Source of the DNA: an uncultured Clostridia bacterium | Lineage (GTDB): Bacteria; Acidobacteriota; Aminicenantia; UBA2199 | DNA: 64,000 bases | Direction of reading: 5' to 3' | NCBI GenBank assembly: GCA_964628035.1 | Contig: CAZVPI010000013.1 | Span: forward strand, 3,251 to 67,250 | Part shown: piece after piece, positions 9,646 to 17,813 of the stretch | Numbering within the stretch: position 1 is the stretch's first letter | Layout of the letters: the number at the start of each line of letters is the position of its first letter | Position numbers and translations under genes: made by a program | The notes under the pieces: generated by a model | Seen by the model: the letters and a program-made list of their open reading frames with translations, nothing else | Told to the model about the DNA's origin: nothing | Database searches by the model: none

Positions 9646-11028
9646 TCAGGCGGCCAGCACGCCTCGCGAACGCAGGCGCGCCTTCAGCGCTTCGCGGTCG
9701 ATGGCCTTGGACAGCGCCTCATCGACGGTCACCCCGCCCTTCTCGACCAGGTCGGCCAGCGATTCGTTCATCATGAGGTTGCCCAGCGCCTTGCCGGTCT
9801 GCATCATGGCCGGGATCTGGAACGTCTTGCCCTCGCGGATCAGGTTGGCCACGGCGGCATTGACCACCATCACCTCGTAGGCCGCCGCCCGGCCGCCCGC
9901 CTCCCTGCGGCACAGCATCTGCGAGACGACGCCGACCAGGGCGTCGGCCAGCATGGTGCGGATCTGATTCTGCTGGTCGGCGGGGAACTGGTCGATGATG
10001 CGGTCGACGGTGCCGCAGGCGGTCGATGTGTGCAGCGTGCCCAGTACCAGGTGGCCGGTCACGGCCATCTCCACGGCGATGGCGATGGTCTCCAGGTCAC
10101 GCATCTCGCCTACCAAGATGACGTCGGGGTCTTCGCGCAGGGCGGCGCGCAGCGCCTTCTTGAACGATACGGTGTGCGTGCCCACCTCGCGCTGGTTGAC
10201 CAGCGAGCGCTTGTTGGCATGGATGAACTCCACCGGGTCCTCGACGGTGATGATGTGGCCGGCGCGCGTCTCGTTGATATGGTCGATCAGCGCCGCCAGG
10301 GTGGTCGACTTGCCCGAGCCGGTCGGCCCGGTGACCAGGATCAGCCCCTTGGGCAGCCGGCAGAGGTCAAGCACGGCCTGGGGGACGTTCAGATCGGCGG
10401 CCGGCACGATGCGCGAGGGGATGACGCGCAGCACGGCGCCCAGGCCGCGCTGGTCGCGGAAGACGTTGACGCGGAAGCGCGCCAGCCCGGCGACCTCGTG
10501 GGCGAAGTCGGTGTCTTGCGCCGTGGCGAACTCCTGGCGGTTGCGTTCGGGCATGACGGCCCAGATCTGCTCGCGCAGCCAGGCCTCGTTCACCGCGGGC
10601 AATCCGGCCATCGGCGTCATGTCGCCGTCGATGCGCAGCACCGGCGCCGCACCGCAGGTCAGGTGCAAATCCGACGCCCGGCTCTCGACCATGGCCCGCA
10701 GCAGTCGCTCCAGGCCATGCAGCTCGGCCGATGCCGGCATCCGCGGGATCAGCGCCTCGGGGAGGGCCGATGCGATCTGCAGGCGGATGCGGCCGTCCTC
10801 ATTGGAGCGGCCGATCTCCTGGCCCATGTAGGTCAGCCACTCCTTGCCGGCGAAGACCTCCTCCAGTTCGGAGTCGATCTTGCGGATGAGGTCGTCGTTC
10901 AGCGGCGTCCGCATCAGGTAGCCCTTTCGGGCTTCGCGCCAGATGAAGGGCGGCTCGTCGCTGCCGATGATGAGGTGCTCGCCTTTGTACTTCACCAGGG
11001 CTTCCAGGAGCTGGCGGGCGGAGTTCAC
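9646..11028 (-). CDS. pilT: PilT-family type IV pilus retraction ATPase with an N-terminal extension of about 95 aa.
   Basis: Walker A GPTGSGKSTT, Asp box DVILVGEMRDLETI, His box GHLVLGTLHTSTA, and the PilT signature AYEVMVVNAAVANLIREGK. Conserved core starts around SDLHLTCGAAPVLRIDGDM. Start overlaps the stop of the upstream gene (ATGA). Confidence 0.85.
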   Translation of the reverse strand: MNSARQLLEALVKYKGEHLIIGSDEPPFIWREARKGYLMRTPLNDDLIRKIDSELEEVFAGKEWLTYMGQEIGRSNEDGRIRLQIASALPEALIPRMPASAELHGLERLLRAMVESRASDLHLTCGAAPVLRIDGDMTPMAGLPAVNEAWLREQIWAVMPERNRQEFATAQDTDFAHEVAGLARFRVNVFRDQRGLGAVLRVIPSRIVPAADLNVPQAVLDLCRLPKGLILVTGPTGSGKSTTLAALIDHINETRAGHIITVEDPVEFIHANKRSLVNQREVGTHTVSFKKALRAALREDPDVILVGEMRDLETIAIAVEMAVTGHLVLGTLHTSTACGTVDRIIDQFPADQQNQIRTMLADALVGVVSQMLCRREAGGRAAAYEVMVVNAAVANLIREGKTFQIPAMMQTGKALGNLMMNESLADLVEKGGVTVDEALSKAIDREALKARLRSRGVLAA

Positions 11029-11531
11029 AGGCCCTCCACGCGCGCGATGAAGCGCTTGTTGACGAGCACACGGAAGTGGTTTTCGTCGAGGAAGACCGCG
11101 AAACGCCCGGGCTCGTTCAGCAGATCGATGGGCCGCGCACGCCAGGCATGGCTCGGTCCGCAGGCATGAAGTACCTGCGAGCCACCGTTCTCCAGGACCA
11201 GGCGCAGTGGTTTCCCCGCGCCCTCGCCGACCGGCGCTGCTTCGCGCACCATCATCACCTGGTTCACGTGGACGATGAGAAACTCGCCGCTGGCCTTCTC
11301 GCGCAGCGGCAGGAACGCGTTCTGCGAGTCCAGGTACTCGGCAAGGCTCTCCTCGCCATGGCGCTGGGGCGAATAGTAGCTGAGGAAGAAAACGCAGGCC
11401 CGCGGCCGCTTATCGTCGAACAGGAAAGTCACCTCGGCTTCGACCTCACGCTTGGGGACACGCAGCTCGTTGTCCTGGTTCAGCTCTGTTCTCGGCCCCG
11501 TCTCGACCGCCAGATTCTGCAGCAGCTTCAT
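11025..11531 (-). CDS. Hypothetical protein, translationally coupled to pilT.
   Basis: ATG at 11531 preceded by AGGAGGG (MKLLQNLAV...). The ORF-track start at 11561 is a GTG overlapping the upstream gene. No recognisable domain. Confidence 0.5.
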   Translation of the reverse strand: MKLLQNLAVETGPRTELNQDNELRVPKREVEAEVTFLFDDKRPRACVFFLSYYSPQRHGEESLAEYLDSQNAFLPLREKASGEFLIVHVNQVMMVREAAPVGEGAGKPLRLVLENGGSQVLHACGPSHAWRARPIDLLNEPGRFAVFLDENHFRVLVNKRFIARVEGL

Positions 11532-11557
11532 CTTGCCCTCCTGCGCTTGGGGGATCA

Positions 11558-12373
11558 TCACTCCGAGGCAACCAGGGCGTAAGCCTCGGCCTCCTTCCAG
11601 TACTTGTCATAGGACTGGAACTTGGCCAGGGTCAGATCGTTGACCAAGCCGAGCGCCTGGGCGCGGAAACCTCGGAACGACAGCAGCTTCGTCCGTCCTT
11701 CCTCGCGGCGATGATTCTTGAGGAACGGTTCAGGGGAGACGGACATCAGCTGCAGACTCTGCAGCACATGCACCATCTCGTGGTTGAACACGCAGTCGGG
11801 CTTGCCGGCGACCACGGTGGGGAACATGCCGATGGCCCAGCCGCGCACACCTTCGGCCAGCGGCTCGTCGGCCTCGAAGCCCAGGATGCCGCCGCGCAGC
11901 TTGACGCGGTCAGCTTTGGCCAAGGAAAGCGCGATGCTGAGCGCGTCGCGGGGCGACACGGAGAAGTTCAGCAGCGCATGCGGCCGCCGGGCCAGGGGGG
12001 TGGCCAGCTCGACGCGCACCAGCGGCAGGGCGACGCCGATGTAGGAAAGGGGCCCTTCGCCCGACGCCACATTCTCGGCCACCGATGCCGAGAGGTTGGC
12101 CAGCAGCACGCCGCCAAAGGTGCTTCCAGAGGCGACCATCTTTTTGGCCTGGTAGAAGCCATAGCCCGAGGCCGCCCCGAAAGCCAGCATCCTGGCGGCA
12201 TCCCGGATATTGCGCACCTTGCCCTGGAGCAAACCGCTCGCCAACGTGCTCACGCTGCTGCCGATCACATTGCCCAGGGCAACGGTCTTCTCGGCCACCG
12301 CCTCAGCCCTGGCCACGGGAATGAAAACAAACATCGTCATTAGGATTACTATCGCCCATGCCCTCTTCTTCAT
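11558..12373 (-). CDS. Secreted protein with a C-terminal HExxH motif (possible zinc-metallopeptidase-like); first gene downstream of the sigma-54 promoter.
   Basis: ATG at 12373 preceded by GAGGAGG. Signal peptide MKKRAWAIVILMTMFVFIPVARA. Motif CVFNHEMVHVLQ. No secure family assignment. Confidence 0.55.
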   Translation of the reverse strand: MKKRAWAIVILMTMFVFIPVARAEAVAEKTVALGNVIGSSVSTLASGLLQGKVRNIRDAARMLAFGAASGYGFYQAKKMVASGSTFGGVLLANLSASVAENVASGEGPLSYIGVALPLVRVELATPLARRPHALLNFSVSPRDALSIALSLAKADRVKLRGGILGFEADEPLAEGVRGWAIGMFPTVVAGKPDCVFNHEMVHVLQSLQLMSVSPEPFLKNHRREEGRTKLLSFRGFRAQALGLVNDLTLAKFQSYDKYWKEAEAYALVASE

Positions 12374-12406
12374 CGCTGACCTCCTCAGGTTTGTCATGCC
12401 TGGAGG

Positions 12407-12423
12407 TGCAGAGGCAGTGCCAA
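12407..12423 (-). promoter_or_regulatory. Sigma-54 (-24/-12) promoter TTGGCAC-tgcct-CTGCA reading toward the 12373 gene.
   Basis: Reverse complement of 12407-12423 is TTGGCACTGCCTCTGCA, which fits the consensus YTGGCAC-N5-TTGCW, with GG and GC correctly spaced. It lies about 35 nt upstream of the ATG and immediately downstream of a sigma-54 activator gene. The -24 half is part of a perfect 14-bp palindrome GTGCCAATTGGCAC (12417-12430). Confidence 0.55.
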
Positions 12424-12562
12424 TTGGCACGATAGCTAAAAAGGCCCTGTTGAAGGCATTTCCCGTGAATTTGCCAAGAAAGGGCTTCTAGGGCGGGCAA
12501 GAGACCCAGGTTGCAGGGCCAGAAAATTTCTCTGCGCAGACTACCTATAAAACAAAAACTAT

Positions 12563-12575
12563 TTGCATTCTGCAA
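12563..12575. promoter_or_regulatory. Inverted repeat TTGCA-ttc-TGCAA about 150 bp upstream of the sigma-54 promoter; candidate enhancer (UAS) for the adjacent activator.
   Basis: Seen in the AT-rich stretch 12500-12640. Position relative to the -24/-12 element is typical of NtrC-family enhancers. Confidence 0.3.
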
Positions 12576-12644
12576 CTTTTGTCTTTTGGAAACGAATATC
12601 TCAGGGGCTGGCAGATGTCGAAACGCAAAGAGTAAGTTTCGACT

Positions 12645-14066
12645 TCAGGCCTTCTTCTTGCCGCGTACCAAGCGCTTGTTGAGGGCCTGGCGGGTGATGC
12701 CCAGGAGCTGGGCGGCAATTCCCTGGTTGCCCTTTGCCTGCTCCAGCGCCCGTCGCACCAGGAATTCCTCGGCCTGCTTCAGGGTCGGCTGGCTGGCGAG
12801 GAAGGCATCGGGGGCAAGATCGGCGCCAGGGGTCCCCCCGGGGGATGTCCGGCTGGCCAGCCGGTCGCCAACGACGGCACGGAAGCTCTCCATGGATAGA
12901 ACGCCGCTACGGTGGCGGGAAACAGCATCGGCAACCATGGTCTGCAGCTCGCGGACATTCCCCGGAAAATCGTAGGCGGACAGCAACCCCAGAAGTTCGG
13001 GGGGGGGGGTTGGCACGCGCTTACGCAGCAGGCGGGCCGACTCCTGGAGGAAATGGCCCAGCAGCAAGGGGAGATCCTCCCTGCGCTCGCGCAAAGGCGG
13101 CACCGCGATAACGTGGGTGTTGAGGCGGAAATAGAGATCGTTGCGGAAGGCCCCCTGCTCGACCCGGCGTCGGAGATCATGGTTGGTCGAGCAAATGAGG
13201 CGCGCATTGGTCTTCCTCGGCTGATCCATGCCCAGTGTGTAATACTCCTTCTCTTGGATCAGGCGTAGGAGCTTGACCTGCGAGGTCGGGCTCAAGTCGC
13301 CGATCTCGTCGAGGAAAAGCGTCCCGTCCTGGGCCTGGGAGATCAGGCCCTCGCGGCTGCTTTCGGCTCCGGTGAAGGCCCCCTTTTTATGCCCGAACAG
13401 GGTGTCGGAAAACATGTTGTCATCGAGGCCGGCGACGTTCACGGCGACGAAGGGCCGCGCCGGGTCGCCGGCGAGGTGGATGGCGCGGGCGATCAGCTCC
13501 TTGCCGGTTCCGGTCTCGCCGGTGATCAGCGCCGGGAAAGGCGAAGCGGCGATGACCTCGACGTACTTGAACAGGGCCAGCATCCTGCGGCTGCCGGCGA
13601 CCAGGTGGGCGAAGGCGCCGGGCTTGGCCAAGCCGTCGGCCAGGAGGTGGCGGGTCAACATTGACACCTGGTCCTGCAGCCGGGCGATTTCCAGCATCCG
13701 CTGCAGACTGGAGACCAGGCGGCTGCGCTCCACCGGTTTGACCAGGTAGTCGGAGGCCCCCAGTTTCATGCAGTCGACTGCGGTCCCGATGTCGTCAACG
13801 CCGGTGACCATGAGGACGGGCACCTCGGGGAATTCCTGTTTGACCTGGGCCAGCAGGTCCCGGCCGGAGAGGAACGGCATGTTCACGTCGGCAAGAACAG
13901 CCTGCACCCGGTTTTCGCGAAGGAACGGCAGCACGCGGCGGCTGTCGTCCAGGGTGACAAGCGGCTCGATGCCGGCCGCGCGCAACATGCCTCCATACAA
14001 GAGCAGGACTTGGGTCTCGTCGTCGACCAGCAGCACCGGCAACTGGTCGCTTCGTTTCTCTTCCAT
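12645..14066 (-). CDS. Sigma-54-dependent response regulator (NtrC family): REC - AAA+ sigma-54 activation domain - Fis-type HTH.
   Basis: ATG at 14066 with GGGAG RBS. REC: VLLVDDE...LADVNMP. Walker A GETGTGKE. GAFTGA motif present (KKGAFTGAES), diagnostic for sigma-54 contact. C-terminal HTH QGIAAQLLGITRQALNKRL. Confidence 0.9.
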   Translation of the reverse strand: MEEKRSDQLPVLLVDDETQVLLLYGGMLRAAGIEPLVTLDDSRRVLPFLRENRVQAVLADVNMPFLSGRDLLAQVKQEFPEVPVLMVTGVDDIGTAVDCMKLGASDYLVKPVERSRLVSSLQRMLEIARLQDQVSMLTRHLLADGLAKPGAFAHLVAGSRRMLALFKYVEVIAASPFPALITGETGTGKELIARAIHLAGDPARPFVAVNVAGLDDNMFSDTLFGHKKGAFTGAESSREGLISQAQDGTLFLDEIGDLSPTSQVKLLRLIQEKEYYTLGMDQPRKTNARLICSTNHDLRRRVEQGAFRNDLYFRLNTHVIAVPPLRERREDLPLLLGHFLQESARLLRKRVPTPPPELLGLLSAYDFPGNVRELQTMVADAVSRHRSGVLSMESFRAVVGDRLASRTSPGGTPGADLAPDAFLASQPTLKQAEEFLVRRALEQAKGNQGIAAQLLGITRQALNKRLVRGKKKA

Positions 14067-14176
14067 ATCAACTCCCGTTGCCATGATACTTTTTTGCCGG
14101 GCCGCTGTCAAACGCCCCTTATCTATGCCAAAGACGGGATCCCGGAACAATGCGCCGGTCTATGAGTGGGGAAAAA

Positions 14177-14194
14177 GCACATGTGCGTTTCGCA
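14177..14194. promoter_or_regulatory. Overlapping palindromes GCACATGTGC and TGCG-ttt-CGCA in the divergent intergenic region between the activator and the membrane kinase.
   Basis: Perfect 10-bp palindrome at 14177-14186, overlapping an inverted repeat at 14184-14194. Candidate operator or autoregulatory site. Confidence 0.3.
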
Positions 14195-14235
14195 TCCCCC
14201 CGAGGCCGGCCGCCGTGATCTCCCTGGTAAAAAGG

Positions 14236-14264
14236 TTGACTTAGCCGCAAGGGCAATGATATTC
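14236..14264 (+). promoter_or_regulatory. Candidate sigma-70 promoter (TTGACT -N17- ATATTC) for the membrane kinase gene.
   Basis: TTGACT at 14236-14241, A/T-rich -10 at 14259-14264, ATG at 14282. Confidence 0.35.
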
Positions 14265-14281
14265 TGTGTATTGGGGCGTGA

Positions 14282-15895
14282 ATGAACAAAGGCTTTGTCA
14301 TGCAATTGATCTTCAATGCCTCTCTGCTGCTCTCCCTGGCCGCCCTCTATGACCTGCTCGTTCTCCGCTGGCAGAGCAGACAGTCTTTGTTGCGCCAGAT
14401 CTCGGTTGGCATTGTTGTCGGCACCGTAGGGGTGATCGTCATGTTGGCTTCCTGGAGACTGGAGCCGGGGATTATTTTCGACACCCGCTCGATCCTGCTC
14501 GGGATGTCCGGCCTTTTCTTCGGGACGGTGCCTTCTGTGACCGCTATGGTGATCACGGCCGCTTATCGAGGTCTTCTGGGCGGTGCCGCCGCCGGCATGG
14601 GGATCGCGGTCATCCTCGCCTCCGGAGCCATCGGCATGGCCTGGAGGTATCGCAGCCGGCGACGTCTCGCCGCTATCACCTGGCATGAGCTCCTAGGTAT
14701 CGGGATGATCATCCATCTGGTGATGCTGACGTGCACCCTCTTTCTCCCCGGCCCCATCCGCTGGCGCGTGCTGCAGAATACAGCCCTGCCGGTGCTGGTG
14801 ATCTACCCCGCCGTGACCGCCATGCTCGGCAAGCTGATGGCCGGGCATCTGAAGAGGGAGATCACCAGCCAGCAGCTTCGCGAGAGCGAGGCGAAATTCC
14901 AGAACCTGGCCACCGTGTCACCGGTGGGGATCTTCCGAACCGATGCCGACGGCCGGACCACCTACGTGAATCCGATGTGGTGCGAGATCTCCGGCTTGGA
15001 CGCCGACGCCGCCCTGGGCGACGGCTGGCTGCAGGCGGTCCACCCGTCCGACCGGGAACTGCTGCGCAGGAACTGGGAGGATGCCGCCCGGGCGCACAGG
15101 CCATCCATGGCCGATTACCGTTTCCTGCATGCCGACAGGAAAGTCGTCTGGGTGATGGGCCGGGCAACTCCGGAAAAGGACAGCATGGGCCAGGTTACGG
15201 GATATGTAGGGACGATCACCGACATCAGCGAGCGGAAACAAGCCGAGGAAATCGTCCGCACCTCACTGAAAGAAAAGGAGATCCTGCTGAAGGAGGTCCA
15301 TCACCGTGTCAAGAACAACCTGATGACCATCATCGGCCTGATTAAGATGCAGAATGAAAAGACGGGGGGATCCCCCGAGAATACGCTGCTTCTGGAGCTG
15401 GAGGGGAGGATACGCTCCATGGCCATGATCCATGAAAGCCTGTACAAGTCCGACAACCTGGCCAGGATCGATCTGCGGAACTACATCAAGGACATGGTCC
15501 TGCACATCCAGGCCCAATTTAAGACGGCATACAATATCCGCCTGGAGATGCGTGCCGTGGGCATCGACGTCGGCCTGGACATCGCGGTTCCCTATGGATT
15601 GATCCTGAACGAGTTGATCACCAATGCCTTCAAGCACGCCTTTCCGGATGACCGCGTCGCCGAGGGCGACGGCGCGCCCGAGGTGAAAATCATCACCTCC
15701 GCCCAGGACGGCATGCTGATCCTTACCGTGGCCGACAACGGCGTAGGATTTCCGGTCAGCGGGGATCTAGGGGAAACGCAGACCCTGGGCCTCAACCTTG
15801 TCCGCATGTTGAGCCAGCAGCTCCGGGGCCGCGTGGAAAGCATCGGGAAAACCGGGACAGTCATCCGCGTGCAATTCCCCCTGCCTGTGAAATAG
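14282..15895 (+). CDS. Membrane sensor histidine kinase: N-terminal multi-TM domain (about 5-6 helices) - PAS - HisKA_2 - HATPase_c.
   Basis: Hydrophobic N-terminal 190 aa. PAS block (VGIFRTDADGRTTYVNPMW...). H-box EVHHRVKNNLMTIIGLIKMQ. ATPase motifs (LNELITNAFKHAF, DNGVGFP, TLGLNLV). Divergent from the sigma-54 activator gene. Alternative start at 14300 (MQLIF). Confidence 0.8.
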   Translation: MNKGFVMQLIFNASLLLSLAALYDLLVLRWQSRQSLLRQISVGIVVGTVGVIVMLASWRLEPGIIFDTRSILLGMSGLFFGTVPSVTAMVITAAYRGLLGGAAAGMGIAVILASGAIGMAWRYRSRRRLAAITWHELLGIGMIIHLVMLTCTLFLPGPIRWRVLQNTALPVLVIYPAVTAMLGKLMAGHLKREITSQQLRESEAKFQNLATVSPVGIFRTDADGRTTYVNPMWCEISGLDADAALGDGWLQAVHPSDRELLRRNWEDAARAHRPSMADYRFLHADRKVVWVMGRATPEKDSMGQVTGYVGTITDISERKQAEEIVRTSLKEKEILLKEVHHRVKNNLMTIIGLIKMQNEKTGGSPENTLLLELEGRIRSMAMIHESLYKSDNLARIDLRNYIKDMVLHIQAQFKTAYNIRLEMRAVGIDVGLDIAVPYGLILNELITNAFKHAFPDDRVAEGDGAPEVKIITSAQDGMLILTVADNGVGFPVSGDLGETQTLGLNLVRMLSQQLRGRVESIGKTGTVIRVQFPLPVK

Positions 15896-16092
15896 TCTAT
15901 TAATTTCCCGTCTGGATCGGCGACCAGGAAGCAGAGTATTCTGATGCGGCGGAACATTAAACTGTTTTTCGCGCTCCTTTACGCGATTTGCCACTCCACA
16001 ACCGGAAATGATAAAATCTTATCGTACGACCGCCACAGGCCGGAAAGAGCCGCCCGCCGCAGCAACCGAGTTTTGCCGGCGCAGGAGGGATC

Positions 16093-16497
16093 ATGTACGT
16101 GTTCGACCGCATGGACGAGAAGCTGGTCCGGGCGGTGATCGAGACCATCCCCGCCGAGATCACCGTCATCGACGCCAACGACGAGGTGGTGGCCTGGAAC
16201 AAGGGGGACACGCGCCTGTTCCACCGCCCGCAGAGCAGCATGGGGCTGAATTTCCGCAAGTGCCACCCGGCGACCAGCCTGGGCAAGGTGGAGCAGATCG
16301 TGGCCGAGATGAAGGCCGGCGACCGCGACAAGGCGCGCTTCTGGATCCAGGCCAAGGTCGGCGCTGAGCGCCACCTGGTGCTGATCGAGTTTTTCGCCCT
16401 GCGCGGCGAGGGCGGCGAGTACCTCGGCTGCCTGGAGGTCACGCAGGACCTGGAAGAGGCGCGGCGTCTCGAGGGCGAGCGGCGGCTGCTCGATTGA
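16093..16497 (+). CDS. Small single-domain PAS protein (134 aa) with a conserved Cys-His-Pro motif; paralog of 58789..59130.
   Basis: AGGAGGGA RBS. PAS-like ETIPAEITVIDANDEVVAWNKG...FRKCHPATS...GEYLGCLEVTQDL. Aligns with the second small PAS protein, including the CHP and G..[VL]E[VF] positions. Confidence 0.7.
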   Translation: MYVFDRMDEKLVRAVIETIPAEITVIDANDEVVAWNKGDTRLFHRPQSSMGLNFRKCHPATSLGKVEQIVAEMKAGDRDKARFWIQAKVGAERHLVLIEFFALRGEGGEYLGCLEVTQDLEEARRLEGERRLLD

Positions 16498-16523
16498 GCC
16501 CGCAGAGGCAAAGCGGGGATCTC

Positions 16524-17312
16524 ATGAAGACGGGCATGATCGCCAGGGTGACGCTGCTGGCCCTCCTTTTCGGAAGTCTGATCGGCGCCGGCAGGGAAAG
16601 GGCCGCCGGGCCGGCCGCCAACGGCCTGTGGCGCAAGGCGGTCGAGATCTACCGCCGCAACAGCGACTGGTATCCAGGCCGGGTGGCCATCCTGTCGGAG
16701 ATGCTGAACCGCCGCGGCGAGCCCTATTCGGTGACCGAAATGTACTTCACCCTGCGCCTCGACAACCAGGGCAAGATCCAGGCCGACCTGGAGCGGGCGC
16801 TGAAGAACGGCGAGGACACGACCGAGAAGGTGCGCTCCAAGGTGACCATCCGCGCCCCCGAGGAAGGAATGGAGCCCGGCGACGACAACACCTTCTCCGT
16901 TTCCCTCTCCGACAGCCCGTTCGACCCCGAGCGCCAGCACGACGTGACCGTCAGCGCCGCTCCGGAAAGGGTGCCATTGTTCGGCTGCCGCTGCAGACGC
17001 TTCGATTTCACCTACCGCACGCGCATCGTGCGCAAGGGCGAGCCGGTGGACCTGACGTGGCGCGGCATGGCCTGGCTGGAAGAAGGAAGCGGCATGCCGG
17101 TCAAGCTGGAGTTCACCCTCGATCCCCTGCCCAAGCTGCTGCGCAGCCTGTGGAGCATCTACCTCTTCGACACGGCGAGTCCCGAGCGCTGGGTGGTGAA
17201 CAAGGTCTCCCTCACCGGCCACGGCGGCTTCCTCTTCATCATCAAGCGCTTCCGCACCACCACCACCTTCAGCGACTACCGCCTGGCCCCCGCGGCACAG
17301 GCGTCCGAATGA
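16524..17312 (+). CDS. Hypothetical secreted protein (signal peptide), translationally coupled to arfB.
   Basis: Starts MKTGMIARVTLLALLFGSLIGAG. Its stop TGA (17310-17312) overlaps the arfB ATG (17309-17311). The large antisense ORF 15957..17222 is rejected. Confidence 0.55.
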   Translation: MKTGMIARVTLLALLFGSLIGAGRERAAGPAANGLWRKAVEIYRRNSDWYPGRVAILSEMLNRRGEPYSVTEMYFTLRLDNQGKIQADLERALKNGEDTTEKVRSKVTIRAPEEGMEPGDDNTFSVSLSDSPFDPERQHDVTVSAAPERVPLFGCRCRRFDFTYRTRIVRKGEPVDLTWRGMAWLEEGSGMPVKLEFTLDPLPKLLRSLWSIYLFDTASPERWVVNKVSLTGHGGFLFIIKRFRTTTTFSDYRLAPAAQASE

Positions 17313-17752
17313 CGGCCAGGCGCTGGGACGTCGGTTCCGGCATCGCCATCCAGGAAGAGGAGCTGGCCTTCGAGTTCGTGCGCGCCTCCGGCCCCGGCGG
17401 CCAGAACGTGAACAAGGTGGCGACGGCGGTCAAGCTCTACTTCGACGTCGAGCGCTCCCCCGCGCTGCCGTTGCCGGTGAAGCGCCGGTTGCGCCAGCTC
17501 GCCGGCCGGCGGCTCAGCCGCGCCGGCGTGCTGGTCATCGACGCCCGCCGCTTCCGCACCCAGGAAGCCAACCGCCAGGACGCCCTGGAGCGGCTGCTGG
17601 CCCTCCTGCGCCAGGCCGCCGTCGCTCCCAAGCCGAGGCGCCCGACCCGGCCCAGCGCCGCCGCCAGGGCGCGGCGGCTGGAGGCCAAGCGGCGCCGCGG
17701 CATTGTCAAGCAATCCAGGCGCGGCACGCGTCAGGGCGCGGAGCCGGTTTGA
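17309..17752 (+). CDS. arfB: Alternative ribosome-rescue factor ArfB (peptidyl-tRNA hydrolase, YaeJ family).
   Basis: GGQ motif in FVRASGPGGQNVNKVATAV. Basic C-terminal tail (KPRRPTRPSAAARARRLEAKRRRGIVKQSRRG), which is typical of ArfB. 147 aa. Confidence 0.85.
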   Translation: MTARRWDVGSGIAIQEEELAFEFVRASGPGGQNVNKVATAVKLYFDVERSPALPLPVKRRLRQLAGRRLSRAGVLVIDARRFRTQEANRQDALERLLALLRQAAVAPKPRRPTRPSAAARARRLEAKRRRGIVKQSRRGTRQGAEPV

Positions 17753-17813
17753 ATTTTTTTTCGGCTTCCCGTACAATCAACCGGCGCAAAAGCCAGCGAA
17801 CGAAGGAGCGACC

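Noticed and set aside
9427-11169. 580-aa plus-strand ORF
   Set aside because: Antisense to pilT and the upstream hypothetical gene. No motifs.
15957-17222. 421-aa minus-strand ORF
   Set aside because: Antisense to two plus-strand genes that have RBSs, a PAS domain, a signal peptide and coupling to arfB. Composition is typical of a GC-rich frame artefact.
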